From Candidatus Eiseniibacteriota bacterium (GTDB lineage: Bacteria > Eisenbacteria > RBG-16-71-46), in the NCBI GenBank assembly GCA_963744995.1, contig CAVUWA010000011.1:21577-85576 (forward strand): a DNA stretch of 64,000 nucleotides. Direction: 5' to 3'. Position 1 is the stretch's first letter. Every line of letters begins with the position of its first letter. Positions 63,156 through 64,000 of this stretch are shown here, piece after piece. A program made the position numbers and the translations under genes. The notes under the pieces are model-generated. The model worked only from the letters and a program-made list of their open reading frames with translations. It made no database searches and was not told the origin of the DNA.

Positions 63156-63999
63156 TGCGCTTCCCCATCATGCTCATCACCAGCTCGGCGGCGAGGATCC
63201 CGGTCATGTTCTGCGTGTCGAGCACCGGGTTCACTTCGACGACGTCGATCGCCACGAGATTCGCGCGCTCGTTGACCAGCTCCATCGCGAGGTGGGCTTC
63301 GCGATAGGTGATGCCGCCCCAGACCGGCGTGCCGGTGCCGGGCGCGTCTTCGGGATCCACGACGTCGAGATCGAACGACATGTGAATGCCGCTGGTGCCG
63401 TCGCTCGCGACCGCGACCGCCTCGTCCACGACGTCACGCATGCCGCGCTCGTCGATGTCGCGCATCGTGTAGACCCTCGCTCCGCATTCCTTGAGCGTCT
63501 GCCGCTCGCCGGGATCCACGTCGCGCACGCCGATGAGCGCGGTGTTGCGTGCGAGCACCTTGGGACTGCGCGCACCGATGCCGACCAGGTCCGGGTCGCC
63601 GAGGCCGAGGTTCACCGCGAGCGACATGCCGTGGATGTTCCCGGACGGCGTGCTCTCGGGCGTGTTGGCGTCGCCGTGCGCGTCGAACCAGATCAGTCCG
63701 AGCTTCTGCTCCTGCTTCGCGAAGTAGCCGGTGGAGCCGGCCACCGAGCCGATCGCGATGCTGTGATCACCCCCGAGCACCAGCGGCAGCCGGCCGGCGG
63801 CGAGGCTCTTCTCGACCCGCTGGGCGAGGTCCTCGCAGGTGGCGAGAATGGTGTTCTTGTAGCGCAGTTTGCCGGCGCCGACCTTCTGCGTCTCGGGGAT
63901 CATCACGTCGAGATCGCCGGCATCGCTCACCCGGTGGCCGAGATGCTCGAGCCGCTGCTCGAGGTCGGCGATGCGGATGGCCGACGGCCCCATGTCGAC
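63148..63999 (-). CDS. rocF: Arginase (N-terminus runs off the 3' edge of the window)
   Basis: MGPSAIR...LVLGGDHSIAIGSVAG...WFDAHGDANTPESTPSGNIHGMSLA...MSFDLDVVDPEDAPGTGTPVWGGITYREAHLAMEL... aligns with Bacillus arginase from residue about 22 onward. Confidence 0.8.
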   Translation of the reverse strand, partial: VDMGPSAIRIADLEQRLEHLGHRVSDAGDLDVMIPETQKVGAGKLRYKNTILATCEDLAQRVEKSLAAGRLPLVLGGDHSIAIGSVAGSTGYFAKQEQKLGLIWFDAHGDANTPESTPSGNIHGMSLAVNLGLGDPDLVGIGARSPKVLARNTALIGVRDVDPGERQTLKECGARVYTMRDIDERGMRDVVDEAVAVASDGTSGIHMSFDLDVVDPEDAPGTGTPVWGGITYREAHLAMELVNERANLVAIDVVEVNPVLDTQNMTGILAAELVMSMMGKRII

Positions 64000-64000
64000 G

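Noticed and set aside
1-64000. Search for CRISPR arrays, rRNA/tRNA genes, IS elements and integrases
   Set aside because: There are no regularly spaced direct repeats with unique spacers. I found no tRNA cloverleaf candidates by eye. No transposase or integrase-like translations appear in any frame. The window appears to be ordinary chromosomal (accessory-type) DNA.

Overview
This is a high-GC (about 70%) bacterial chromosomal segment that looks like accessory/cell-surface DNA. I recognised no rRNA, tRNA, CRISPR array or IS element by eye. I support roughly 45 protein-coding genes, most read by homology from the translated frames and by codon-frame consistency.

**Themes in the window**
- **Secreted proteins with a Por/T9SS-type C-terminal sorting domain.** Six large secreted proteins in the first 26 kb end in the same roughly 80-aa domain. 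Two of them carry cohesin and dockerin modules, which looks like a cellulosome-like surface assembly grafted onto T9SS-type cargo.
- **A candidate porin-cytochrome electron conduit (41.1-49.0 kb).** It comprises a His-rich membrane protein, a membrane-anchored ferredoxin-flavoprotein, 20-heme and 16-heme c-type cytochromes, a beta-barrel ending in Phe, and a DoxX protein. I consider this the most interesting system in the window.
- **A P3A-type (H+-pump-like) P-type ATPase** whose stop overlaps the start of a NapC/NrfH-like multiheme cytochrome.
- **An ABC transporter whose permease is fused to an M1 aminopeptidase.**
- **A heme/iron module:** HemS, a DtxR-family regulator, a cupredoxin lipoprotein and a His-rich protein, with palindromic operator candidates.
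- **A light-response module:** a MerR/B12-binding LitR/CarH-like regulator divergent from a CPD photolyase. Three AT-rich direct repeats (core GATATTTCGT, near-palindromic) lie ahead of a GAF/Fis regulator and an HDAC-like gene.
- **Signalling genes:** an HD-GYP/HEAT operon and a CHASE2-PP2C phosphatase.
- **A PorV/FadL-like outer-membrane barrel fused to a transglutaminase-like domain**, next to two TPR paralogues.
- **Window edges.** The 5' edge cuts a secreted protein. The 3' edge cuts an arginase gene.

**Caveats**
- Many long ORFs in the six-frame track are high-GC shadow frames and are rejected below.
- Gene starts are approximate. My base counting disagreed with the ORF track by 1-2 nt at a few line junctions; I followed the ORF track there.
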